A stretch of DNA of 64,000 nucleotides from Styela clava (lineage: Eukaryota): assembly GCF_964204865.1 (NCBI RefSeq), contig NC_135254.1:23684001-23748000 (forward strand), given 5' to 3'. Below the pieces are notes generated by a model, which was not told the origin of the DNA, did not search any database, and saw only the letters and a program-made list of their open reading frames with translations. Of the stretch, positions 55,101 through 64,000 are shown in pieces; position 1 is the stretch's first letter; each line of letters begins with the position of its first letter. The position numbers and the translations under genes were made by a program.

Positions 55101-58100
55101 GAAAAATAATTTGAAGCAATCATTGATAGACACTGAAAACATGAAAAAAACTAACACATTAATAAATATAAAAAATTCAATTTTTACTACCTTTCAAAGT
55201 GAATACAGTATACTACTGCCAAGTCCATGAATTTTTATGACTTGGTTGGGTTGTTGTTTTTTCAACTTGACCATTCTTTGGATAAAAGTGAAATACCATA
55301 TCATTTCATGCTTGAACTTGTTCTGATGTTGCCAGCCATCATCATGATAATTATAATAAGGATCTTACATAGCAGACAAAACAGATGGCGGCTGAAAATG
55401 CTCCAAACTGCTTATGCATACTTATATATTCTGCATTGGAATATTTGGCCAAAATTTGTTTAGTAACAAAATATTATTTAAAATGTTATTTCTTATGTAC
55501 CAAATATAAAACGTTTGTTTGCTGCCTTCTAATTATTCAAATTTTTCCGTTAATAGGTGATGACATCATGATTACAACTACAAGTTATGATCCATGGGAA
55601 ACTGAAACATTCAAGATTACTGATATCAGTGTTGATAAAACAACTTTGACATTGAACAGCACTGTGCAGTATGATCATATTGGTGAGAACATTATGCTTT
55701 TTTTCATCTTCTAAATTATTTTGATTTAATTTAATGATTATGCCTTTGGAGTGTGCAGTCAAGCCACATTCTTTCTCACCTCAACAAAACCCTGAAATGG
55801 CACATTTGTGACCTGGGATTAAATAGTGTAAGACAACTCAACTACTGTTCAATCAACAGTGCTACTATTTTGAAATCTTCAATAGTGCGTAACTTGCTAT
55901 ATTCAATTCAACTTCTTTGTGTCCATTTTAAAGAAATTTTTATTTGAAATACCTAATATTACCATATTTGAATTCAACTCACCAGTGTATATTGATGCCT
56001 GTAAACTTAAAACAGCCTATACTGAGGCAAGTATATTTAATAAACTCACATTGTTTGGAGAATTCGAAACTTTTTGATAAAAGTACATTTATTGAAGCAT
56101 GCTTTTATTATTTCAGCGGAAACTTACACTTATACCAGTAATCCAGATGTTACGATTGCGGCAGAAGTTGGATTATTAACAAGAAATATAAAAGTTATTG
56201 GAAATGAATATCCTGGATCAGATGAAGAATCTTTTGGAGGTCGAATAATTGTTGGACAGGTAAATTCTCGCTTGTGTTTTGTTCTTCATATTCAGTTTAC
56301 TGTGGATATTATTCACCCCAAAATATTGGTAATTATCTCATTTAACATTTCACTCAACTGCTTTATTTTTAAGAGCAGTTAAATATTTTTATGAATGTTA
56401 TATAATGGATTTTATAGTACTTTCAAGGAGGTATCGAATACAAAGGATATGCCAGAATAGAAGATGTTGAATTTTTGCGCATGGGACAAGAGGGGTATTC
56501 TGATAGTGCAGATCCAAGATATTCTCTAGTGTACTGGAAATCAGGTGATAATGCTATCATTTTTAATTGTTCTACCAGACCAATATATCAACGAATTTTA
56601 AGCTATATTCAGATCAGGTTTGGTGAAACTAAAATCTTTTGCGATTTCTGGTTTGAAAATATTTTGAGTAAGAATATCTCCCAATCAGTGAAACTTCAAC
56701 GTAAGAAAAATTCCAAGTGCGACCTGATATGTTCAAGCCTTTTAAAATAGACTGTTAGGAAGGCTTAGGAAATTTGAAGCTGTTTGAGTATTTGTAAAAA
56801 TTTTGTTTGTTCAATTGAATTATTTAAAATTTGAAATTAGGACTCCCAATTGTAAAGAATTCTGAAATTTAACACCTGACTCCTGAGAATTTGGAAATAA
56901 GACTCTCTCTCAGACTCTAGGTGGAAACCTACCAAACTTGACCTCACTGCTCTGATTCAACTAAACAAGTGGTTTTGTCTCGTTGTTATTCGTATACTAA
57001 AGTTTATCGTTTTATTAATATGTGGTATTTTTTCATATCTTCAATGATTCTGTAATTTATGTTACCTATAATTCTTCATCTTTTTGTATAATTAAATTCA
57101 TTCTTTATTTAAGGAACATCCGATCTTATAAAACCATCATATGTGAAACGATGTGCATTCTTTAGAAATTTTAACACTGCAATTGGAGCGTTTCAAGCAA
57201 ACAACATTGTTTTTGAAGATAATGTCATTCTTCATACTGTTGGATCTGGTGTTATTATTGAAGGATCAGATAACAGGTGATGTATACTTCACTTGTGTTA
57301 AAATTAAATTTTTGAAAAATATTTTTAAATTTTTTTATGAACTTTTATGAAAAAGAGGGAATCATCCTTTTTCAATATTTCAAGAATGTGATAGATTTTT
57401 GGGTTTTGAAATAAAAAATATCCTTAGTATATATTGATATATTAAATTTCTGAATTTGTATTTCACATACATACTGAGAACTTGCTAAATGCCGTTAATA
57501 CCCTGTTGTAATTTTTTTTGTCTATATGTTCTATTATTTTGGATTATATTTTTATATTTTTCATGGTAATTAAGTAAAATATTATAAAATGAATTACAGA
57601 AAAAGCATTTGTTAGAAATGCATAGGAACCACAACATATCAATATTAATGGTATTATTTATAGTCTATGAACTGATGTATTCTATACCATTTTATATTAA
57701 TTTCATGCACCTTTATTTATTCATTTTTACCTATTTCAGTTTTACAAACAATATAGTTGCGCTTATGATAAACCCTGGAACATACAGAGACAAAACCAAT
57801 GCAATATGGTACTGGTTTGGTGCAGTAAAGGTCTGTTAATTTAGTCAAGAATGTTGAATGCTTTTGTTTAGATATTTGTCACATTATAGATATATATTCA
57901 AGTTCTGGTGAGTTTAGGAATTTATTTTTGCTCTCCATCTATACAATTTCTGTGAAAATGAAGATGTTCTGCATCTGTTCAAAATGAAATCAGAGTTATT
58001 AAGGTTTTCTTTCCTTTTCAACATACTAGACAATATTCAAGTCCTTATTTCATAGTGATGCATTGTCATTGTATCAGTCAAACACGCTTCCATTTTTTCT

Positions 58101-61100
58101 TTTCAAAATGTAATTTTTTTCATTCAACAGACAAGTGGAGCTACTTCTGTTTATATGAGTGGAAATGTAGTAGCTGGATCTGAGCGTGCAGCGTATTGGA
58201 TAGGTGGCGAGCCATGCAGTAATCCAACATGGGGTACAAACACTGCAAGAGCCAGCTTGCAAGGAGTTTATTTGAATAAATTTGGTAAAACATTTTATTT
58301 AGATTGCTGAATTATGGTATTGTTCATATTCTTTTGAAATCACAACTTATTGACTGATTTTAACTAGAAGGTACATTTTGATATGAGATATTTGTGTATT
58401 GAAATCACCATAATAGTAGATGAATTAGAATTACAATTTATCCTCTTTACTTTTTTGTGTGGATTTGTTCTGCTAGTTGTTACCTAAGAAATTATATATC
58501 ATATAGGACAAGTTGGATGTACTACGATAAGAAATTTCAACATACATCACTCTTATGATTATGGAATATATTTTCAAGACTCAAGTGATGCTGAAATTCA
58601 TTCATGCACAATCACTGATTCTGCTATAGGAATTATAACTTTGTTCAATGGGTAGGTTTTCTTAACGCTGTTAATCCATTGTTAAATTTAAAAGTTTCTT
58701 TGTGTGAGTACGAATAATGTGGTATATTATTTATATTTTGTTAAATGCATAACTAAAAATTACATTGTACATTTAGCAACCAAATTTAAATCCTTTTATG
58801 TTTATTGGTAATTTATATTTTTAAATATGCATTATAAGAATAGATAACTACATATCATTACATGCATATGCATGGTAATAATAAAAATCTCTTTTATAAT
58901 ACTGTACATACATACTGATGTCACACAATGCAATATTTTATGACCACAATTGCATATGATTTTAGTAGTTCTATTTTAACGAAATTGTAGTTGTTACTTT
59001 TTTCTTTGAACATACTGCAATAGAAAACGTTGATATAAATCTCATTGTGTTATGTGTTTTATAACCTTTCAGACCATCTGCTACGTCCCATGTTTTTGAA
59101 GATAAATATGCTCTTATCAAAGATACAACTGTTATTGCTATTACAAAACCAGGTAAGTATTTCTTAGCTGGATATAATCTACTTTGTGTTTGCATTCCTA
59201 GTATTATGTTTTACTTGAAAAAATTGAGAATTTGTAATATTATATTTTTCGCTAATTTGAATTTCCAATCATCTGAAACTAATTTCGATTCCAATCATCT
59301 GAAACTAATACATCATAATATTTTCTGGAAAATTTCGCACACTTTGGTTGGTCACAATATATCTATCGTAGTTCACAGTTTCATGTTGTTAAATCTTCAC
59401 ATTTTTAATTCTGATGTCGCAAAAAATTAATCAATATTTCAGATATAATTATTTCCAGGAAAACAACTTGTTTTCAGTGACAAAATTTTCGAATTTGCCA
59501 GAGTAAAAATTCTATCTTTCTTTGTATAAAATTATATTTATTTTTCTAGGTGTTTGTGCTGCATCGATTTCTCCAGCAATTGATTATCTGGACACCAGTC
59601 CCAATTTCAGGCCACCAAGAACTGTTGCTGGTAACAGTGTCAATGTTGGATTGTTTGGTGCATCATTCATGTCTGCCCACAATGCTTGTACAAAGAAACC
59701 TTGTGCTGGACTAATGCAATATCCTGCTTTGGGAGGTGAAGTAAAAGTTGAAGGTATGCTGGAATAACTAACTACTAAATGTGATCACAAACAGTGTGTA
59801 TTCTTTTAAACCTATGATTTGAACGTTTTAGGAATGTGTAAAGAAAACTGGGCCACTTATATATTATATATACATACCGGTATAGGTATTTGAGAATAAT
59901 AATGACATAAAATATTGTAGATAATATATAATGGTTGTAACATAGCTAGATTGATACTTCATATAACTTTTTTCATTATTGTCACCGAATTGCAAAACGA
60001 AACACTAGTTATTAATTGGAAATAATGAATTAAACTTTTATAATAAAATAAAAATTCAATATGAGTTAGTTTTATTGTCGGCATTACTGCAAACACAGTA
60101 AAAATATGACAGAATTCATGAAATGTTCTTTCTGTGTAGAAATCCAGTATTTTTCTAATCTAAATTATTTCTATAAAAATGTTCTTTCATAAATCCAGTT
60201 CTACTGTGAACCTCGCATTTATGCATTTTTCTCATGTTATCAATGGAAACTAATTTCAAGGATTGCAGTGAAAACAAATGATTATGCTACTTTAAGCTAT
60301 CTTCCACATAATCAACATCTCAACTTTTCCCAACTAAAAAATGTATTAAACAATATAAAGATTTTTATCTATGTGACATCTATACTCTCTCACCAGTGCA
60401 TGTTATCTTATTCAGATGTAGCATTTATAAACTTTGATGACGCTTCTTGTGGGATTGACAACATTATCTTTATGCCAAATTCAAAAAATGAAGATTTCCA
60501 GCATCCCGTGTTTTTCAGTGGAATTACTTTTGAAGCATCATCTGTTAATACAAAAGTGTTATATCTTCGGCCATCAATTGGGTAAATTCACGTTTTGAGT
60601 TTAAATTAGTTTTAATGTTGCATGCACCTGAGAATTCTATTATTATTCAGTTATTTACAAATCTTTGTTAAAATATAGCTCCAGTTGCCCAGTCATTTTG
60701 AAATGTAATGCTATTGAAATTTCAGTATGTGACCATCACCAGCTGTAATTATAATGAAGCTTCATGCTTTTAATTGGCTGTAGGTATTTTGAACTGCAGG
60801 ATTGAATAAAAATATTCAAATATGTCTGCAATATCCATCGCCCCTTTACTATTCAATTTTGACTATTTGACACAATTGATATTTATTAATGAGTATAATG
60901 ATGTTCATACTCATATTCTTCACATTTTTGTATTCCTCAGTAAAGTGAATCCATCAGATTGTGTAGATATGACATGTGATGGATTGAATAAAATGATCTT
61001 GACTGACTTGGATGGTTCTTTTCTTGGATCAGCTGGCACAGTTATTCCTCAGGTTTGTATGATTTGATAACCTTAGGCATTATGTTCGCTGCCTATTGAT

Positions 61101-62789
61101 TCAGAAAGTCAGCTCGTAATAATTTCAAATTTCTTTGTCTTAATAAAAATCTTTACATAATTTTCTATCCGTCTTCCTACTGTAAATATATTGTTTGAGT
61201 ATTCTTTAATTAAGGAAGTTTTGTAAGACTGTTCCTTAGATGGTTACCACCAAAATATTCAATGAACTTAGTTTTACTAAGTTTCTCATCTGCGCATTAT
61301 GTTATAAATAATGGGCAATATTCAATACCATCTAGAATGGATCTAGATAAAGATGGGTTAGTATAAAACATTGTTTTATGCCTTTAGGTGTATGTACCAA
61401 GGTCACTAGAACCTAGAGTATATAGCCTTGTAACAAGCTAGGAGCTTAATTTATTTTTAAACTGTTCTTTATCATTCTTGAACACTTCTTTAGTGATACC
61501 ACAAACGAGATAAGCGAACTATCAGCTGTGTTCACAAGATTTATTATCGATTACAAAATAATACAAAAATACCAACATAAAATTGCAGTGATTTTATTTT
61601 TATTTAATTTTTTAAAATATTCGACAAATTTATTTGATTTTTTATTAGGCTGAATTTGAATGGGATGGTGATGCTAGAAGAGGATTGGGAGATTACAGAA
61701 TTCCAAAAACAATGTTGACAAGAACCAATGGAAGTAGAATTCCAGTTGAAGAAATCGCACCACATAAAGGAATTTTGAGGTCAATATCATTTTGAATAAT
61801 TCTTTAATTATCCGTGACAATATTGTTAATGAATAATGCTTTTAACAGTGTTAAAAACTTTCTAATCAAATTCAATTTGACATAGAAGAAAATTCTCATT
61901 ATTTTAAAGATTTTTTTATCATGTCAGTTTTAATTCAGGGCCTGTCATTGCTTGTTTGTTATGAAATACTTCTTCAGACTGAAGATGTCATTTTTAATTT
62001 TTGTTTTCACGTTTCACTATTGGCCATCTAAAAAGTTTTACTTTGAGAATTCTTCAATATTTTTTTTCCTCTTTTTTATTTCCTCCACTGCTTTTATAAG
62101 ATCTAAATTTTGCCTTGCGTATACAATACCTGCTTGCATTTTTTAGTTTGTTATCATGACTTCATTTCGGTTGAATTAGTTCAGTACAATTTTATAATAT
62201 TTTTATGCAATCTAGTAGATTTGTATTCTTTCTGCTCATAGTTTGATTTACTTGTTATGGATGTATAATAATTCAGCAAATATTATGGTTAATATTTCAA
62301 ACTTTTAACCAGGTCAATTTTTTCATTTTTTTTGTGTCATCATGAAACACACCTCACTCATGATTCTCACTATAATTTGTTTGGTTTTAGGGCTAATGGT
62401 GCAGGAAAAAATTGTGTTTATCAAAGTGATTGGCAAGCATATGAATGCCATGGATACAATCATCAATTGTTCATCATCGAAAGTTTGGATTGGGACAGCG
62501 AAACTAGAAGAATTTCACCTGTTGCTTTATTATCGGAGGGCTATATTGATCTAATTAATGGTTAGCAATCTAAATTTTATCAAAAACAAGATATCAAATC
62601 ACTATTGTGTTAGTTTTTAATAACTGTTATTTCATTTGTATTTAACTCTTGACTTAACTTATTCATAGGTCCCCAGGATCATGGATGGTGTGCAGGCTAT
62701 ACTTGCCAATTGAGATTGTCAACATTTTATACAATAACTGCAATTGATCACAAATATGAGATCCATTTTTCAGGTGACAGTCAAGATTG
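7116..62789 (+). CDS. PKHD1L1: Fibrocystin-L (PKHD1L1-like), about 85 exons, 3'-partial, with inserted CAP and Vps62/DUF946-like modules
   Basis: ATG at 7116 with signal peptide (MGGTDFHVLKLLILISVIKIISVGG). First exons are 7116-7260, 7520-7661, 8205-8277, 8554-8726, 9855-9979, 11148-11258 and 11411-11617; the last seen is 62669-62789. Hallmark PKHD1L1 peptides: VEKDSTKEHVIGCYTR, GRIFTDVYG, MFQTYAEV, YYSSGYVD, ILKMLLIQGG, ITLHGHLRSIELPIYG, CFQGRFGEEMGSDQFGG, GQAFRLGRYAIHYH, SLQNDDVTPAAFW, KVNPSDCVDMTCDG, GLGDYRIPKTML, GPQDHGWCAGYTC. Phases were compatible at the junctions checked. Confidence 0.95.
8040..8157 (+). repeat. Dispersed repeat, possibly a SINE 3' end; second fragment at about 52413-52450
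   Basis: TTTCCTCTCCCCGGGATAAAT is shared by about 8116-8136 and about 52413-52433. Both are followed by ATCCTA-like tails. Confidence 0.45.
10488..10797. repeat. Diverged tandem duplication, period about 164 bp
   Basis: AATGCTACATA.TATGGCATGAT...GAAATTACAAAAA...ATATCATCT.TTAG..AACAAGAA...CGGAAAT occurs twice. Confidence 0.8.
12224..13293 (+). other. PA14 domain exons of fibrocystin-L
   Basis: RGVNVEVW...VKITGTFEVPVDDKYQFYIRSDDGSVLYLS...YFEGLVQNYQGPG, with the PA14 SDDG motif. Confidence 0.8.
13844..14388. mobile_element. Tc1/mariner-type foldback MITE with inverted repeats of about 190 bp
   Basis: TA|TAGTGTGTCTCAAAAGTGAGTATACAC ... GTGTATACTTACTTTTGAGACACCCTG|TA. Arms at about 13844-14035 and 14200-14388 are imperfect reverse complements. 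TA flanks. Confidence 0.85.
20825..21290. mobile_element. Degenerate non-autonomous DNA transposon (hAT-Tip100-like ends)
   Basis: Termini TATGCTTACCATA ... TATGGTAAGCCTA with GTCCCG subterminal motifs. TSD not preserved. Confidence 0.55.
23890..25937 (+). other. Cupredoxin-like segment of fibrocystin-L
   Basis: WLPDVMTIVQGDTVVWDW...GTFSHTFTSVGTFYYSSGYVD...MSGTINV follows a plastocyanin-like pattern but lacks the Cu-ligand Cys. I recall an equivalent segment in vertebrate PKHD1L1. Confidence 0.65.
25285..25385. repeat. Palindromic MITE-like element of about 100 bp
   Basis: Arms of 39 bp: TCCAGAAGTATGCGCACCAAGATGGCGCACAACCTGAAC and ATTCAGGCTGTGCGACATCTTGGTGCGCATACCTCTGGA, with about 4 mismatches and a loop of about 23 bp. 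Confidence 0.8.
26677..27750. mobile_element. Non-autonomous hAT element, 1074 bp
   Basis: Termini CAGTGTTTCCC..CCAACC and GGTTGGAAAACACTG. Perfect 8-bp TSD CCTTATGA at 26669-26676 and 27751-27758. Confidence 0.9.
28119..31077 (+). CDS. CAP/SCP domain plus Cys-rich hinge module, in frame within fibrocystin-L; exons 28119-28317, 29582-29723, 30581-30789, 30944-31077 (684 nt, 228 aa)
   Basis: FLHSHNNARS...MEWNDEIAANAESYAEQCTWGHS...GENLA...WADE...CGHYTQVIWDDSYALGCA...YIVCQYGPGGNF...PYDEGVPCSNCP...C...LC. The CAP1 and CAP2 signature motifs are present. Confidence 0.9.
31750..32272 (-). pseudogene. Possible highly decayed hAT-Charlie transposase relic
   Basis: Minus-strand fragments IASILSNDTILECVHRIEDDMKQ and WTKFVSIYNGA resemble the LSNDT..RRI..M and W..CVSICTDGA motifs of ZBED5/SCAND3-type transposases. 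The frames are broken. Confidence 0.3.
34156..37004. mobile_element. Non-autonomous hAT (Ac-like) element hosting a nested insertion
   Basis: Terminal inverted repeats (TIRs) TAGGGATGGGCAA and TTGCCCATCCCTA. Perfect TSD CTTCAAGT at 34148-34155 and 37005-37012. CGAATCC/GGATTCG subterminal repeats. Internal tandem duplication of about 220 bp. Confidence 0.92.
34629..35770. mobile_element. Nested non-autonomous hAT (Tip100-like) element, 1142 bp
   Basis: TIRs CAGGGTTGCCA and TGGCAACCCTG. Perfect TSD CTGTAATC at 34621-34628 and 35771-35778. AAAAAGCCA subterminal repeats at both ends. Confidence 0.92.
37893..38035 (-). repeat. Possible 3' end of a CR1/L2-type retroelement
   Basis: The minus strand ends in AATAAACTTGACTTGAC, a polyA-like signal plus short-repeat tail, after a GC-richer segment. 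Confidence 0.3.
40816..42065 (+). CDS. Vps62/DUF946-like module, in frame within a TIG repeat of fibrocystin-L; exons 40816-40949, 41377-41518, 41859-42065 (483 nt, 161 aa)
   Basis: FDSLPRDDYQVIGQYA...ALVNPVSYNQI...ISVWEPVPPSDSYVCLGSFIVTGTSPPELDATACIHYMLVEE...LYIWSI resembles the DUF946 repeat pattern P..Y..IW / S.W.P.PP.GYV.LG....G...P......C....LV. Confidence 0.72.
42309..43984. mobile_element. Non-autonomous hAT (Charlie-type) element, 1676 bp
   Basis: Perfect 15-bp TIRs CAGGGGTCACCAAAC and GTTTGGTGACCCCTG. TSD CTCTATAT at 42301-42308 and 43985-43992. GGGCCGG subterminal motifs. Confidence 0.93.
45469..45647. mobile_element. Short Tc1/mariner-type MITE, 179 bp
   Basis: CAGGGTGACCCAAAA ... 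TTTTAGGTCACCCTG|TA. The left flank is AA (degenerate TA). Confidence 0.7.
45717..46825 (+). other. G8 domain 1 of fibrocystin-L
   Basis: WSSIWTWGGRGIPGDDTFIVIPAG...LLIQGGKVFF...ILITDGGVLQVGTEDEPFQHKAIITLHG...GMLDLHG. Confidence 0.85.
53690..55002 (+). other. G8 domain 2 of fibrocystin-L
   Basis: WSDTSIW...LPTDNTDVTIESGDWVVADID...LWLEGVLEL...YIHIRGGRLIIG...IILTG...KAIGVFGGLDMHG. Confidence 0.8.
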
Positions 62790-62797
62790 GTAATTAG

Positions 62798-63742
62798 TAC
62801 GGATGGGCCGGGATTCGGATCCGGACCCGGATTCGAGTCGAATCCAGGCATTTTTTGGACTCGGATTCGATTTCGAGTCCAGGTCATTTTTACCGAGTCT
62901 ATAATCTATTCTGTTTTTACTACGGTAATTTACGCCTATATTTACACTCCTAATAAAAATGATGACAGATATCCAGATAATATAACGCAAGTTAAAAACT
63001 ATTGATAGCTTATAACAATGATGCGCAAGTCGTCTTCAAACTATCTATCCTTTTTATTATACATGTGGTACACAATAAAATATGTGCGCAATATTTCAAG
63101 TTTTCGATTCGCGTAAATAAGTATGAAACATGCTCAGGATCAACCCAAGGGGGAATCTCATCAATACCTCGTTTAAATTGAGTTTATTATGTGCAATCTT
63201 TCCTCTAAAAAGGGAGCAACGAAAAGCATGGAGCGTTTCGGAACGTTTACATAAACTACTAACTTGCAAGCATTGTTTTGACGACGAGTGGCATCTCTCT
63301 ACCAATTGCGCACACGATATAGTAAATTTAGGGCTAGAAATATCTGGAATTATGGGGAAGCATTGTAGTCAAAATCTTTTCATTTTTCATATTGACATGT
63401 AAGAATTTTTAAATAGCCGCCCAGAATTGACGCAAGGTGGTGGGCTGGAAATCCGGTTCACAGCCAAGGCGCACATTGACCCACGTTTACGTTTGTATTA
63501 TGGCTGCCAAAAAGGAAAAAAAATATATTTTTAAATTGATTCAACAGCTATCTGCGGAACCATTAGGCGAGAAATATGATCTACGACGTATGTTTGTGAG
63601 CGCACGATGCTGTAGTATGGTCAAAAACGTGTTTCTCTACTTTAACATTGTGACGTCACAGACTCGGTGGATTCGACTCGAGTCCCTGGCCTATTACTCG
63701 GATTCGTCGAATCTCTGTAATGCCGGACTCGTCCCATCCCTA
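62798..63742. mobile_element. Non-autonomous hAT (Ac-like) element, 945 bp
   Basis: TIRs TACGGATGGG and CCCATCCCTA. TSD GTAATTAG at 62790-62797 and 63743-63750. GGATTCG/GACTCG subterminal repeats, with termini like those of 34156-37004. Confidence 0.9.
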
Positions 63743-64000
63743 GTAATTAGTATTATTAGTACAAAATGTGGTGTACTGGTTGGAAAAGTTTATGTCGATG
63801 TTGACAATGTGTACAAAGAAAAGTCATGAAGCCAACGATCACCAAACGTTATAATTAGACAGAATTTTAAAAGTGCAAAAAACTGGTCAGATAATTTAAA
63901 TTCGTAAGTTGAAAATCTTGTTCTAACATGATTTAAAATAATCGCTGATATATTTCGTCAGTAATTGTCGTTTTAGCAAAATCATGTTTTCTTCTAATTT

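Noticed and set aside
39236-59310. Micro-duplications (ATTATGAAAAA-like array at about 39236-39287; 26-bp tandem at about 59263-59309)
   Set aside because: These are ordinary slippage repeats in introns with no sign of function.
62663-63829. ORFs with GPGFGSGPGF / NPGPDPNPGP repeats
   Set aside because: These are translations of the GGATTCG/GGATCC subterminal repeats of the hAT element.
1-64000. CRISPR arrays, rRNA/tRNA genes or prokaryotic operons
   Set aside because: None were seen. The window is spliceosomal-intron-rich eukaryotic DNA.

Overview
This is AT-rich, intron-dense animal genomic DNA, probably an invertebrate deuterostome or ascidian (a weak inference). It holds two head-to-head genes. 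(1) Minus strand, 561-4654: five exons of a secreted type-B carboxylesterase with a Ser-Asp-His triad; the gene runs off the left edge. (2) Plus strand, from 7116: about 85 exons of a fibrocystin-L (PKHD1L1-type) gene with signal peptide, IPT/TIG repeats, PA14, a cupredoxin-like segment, two G8 domains and PbH1 beta-helix regions; it runs off the right edge. The main result is two in-frame modules that I do not recall in vertebrate PKHD1L1. The first is a 228-aa CAP/SCP (CRISP/GLIPR-like) domain with a Cys-rich hinge, preceded by two furin-type sites (28119-31077). The second is a 161-aa Vps62/DUF946-like domain inserted within a TIG repeat (40816-42065). Each module is bounded by phase-1 introns, so each looks exon-shuffled and could be skipped in frame. 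The introns hold five non-autonomous hAT elements with perfect 8-bp target-site duplications (TSDs); one is nested inside another and one has a TSD coinciding with a probable splice donor. There are also Tc1/mariner-type MITEs and small repeats. Exon calls were read by hand. Comparisons with human PKHD1L1 are from memory, not from a search.
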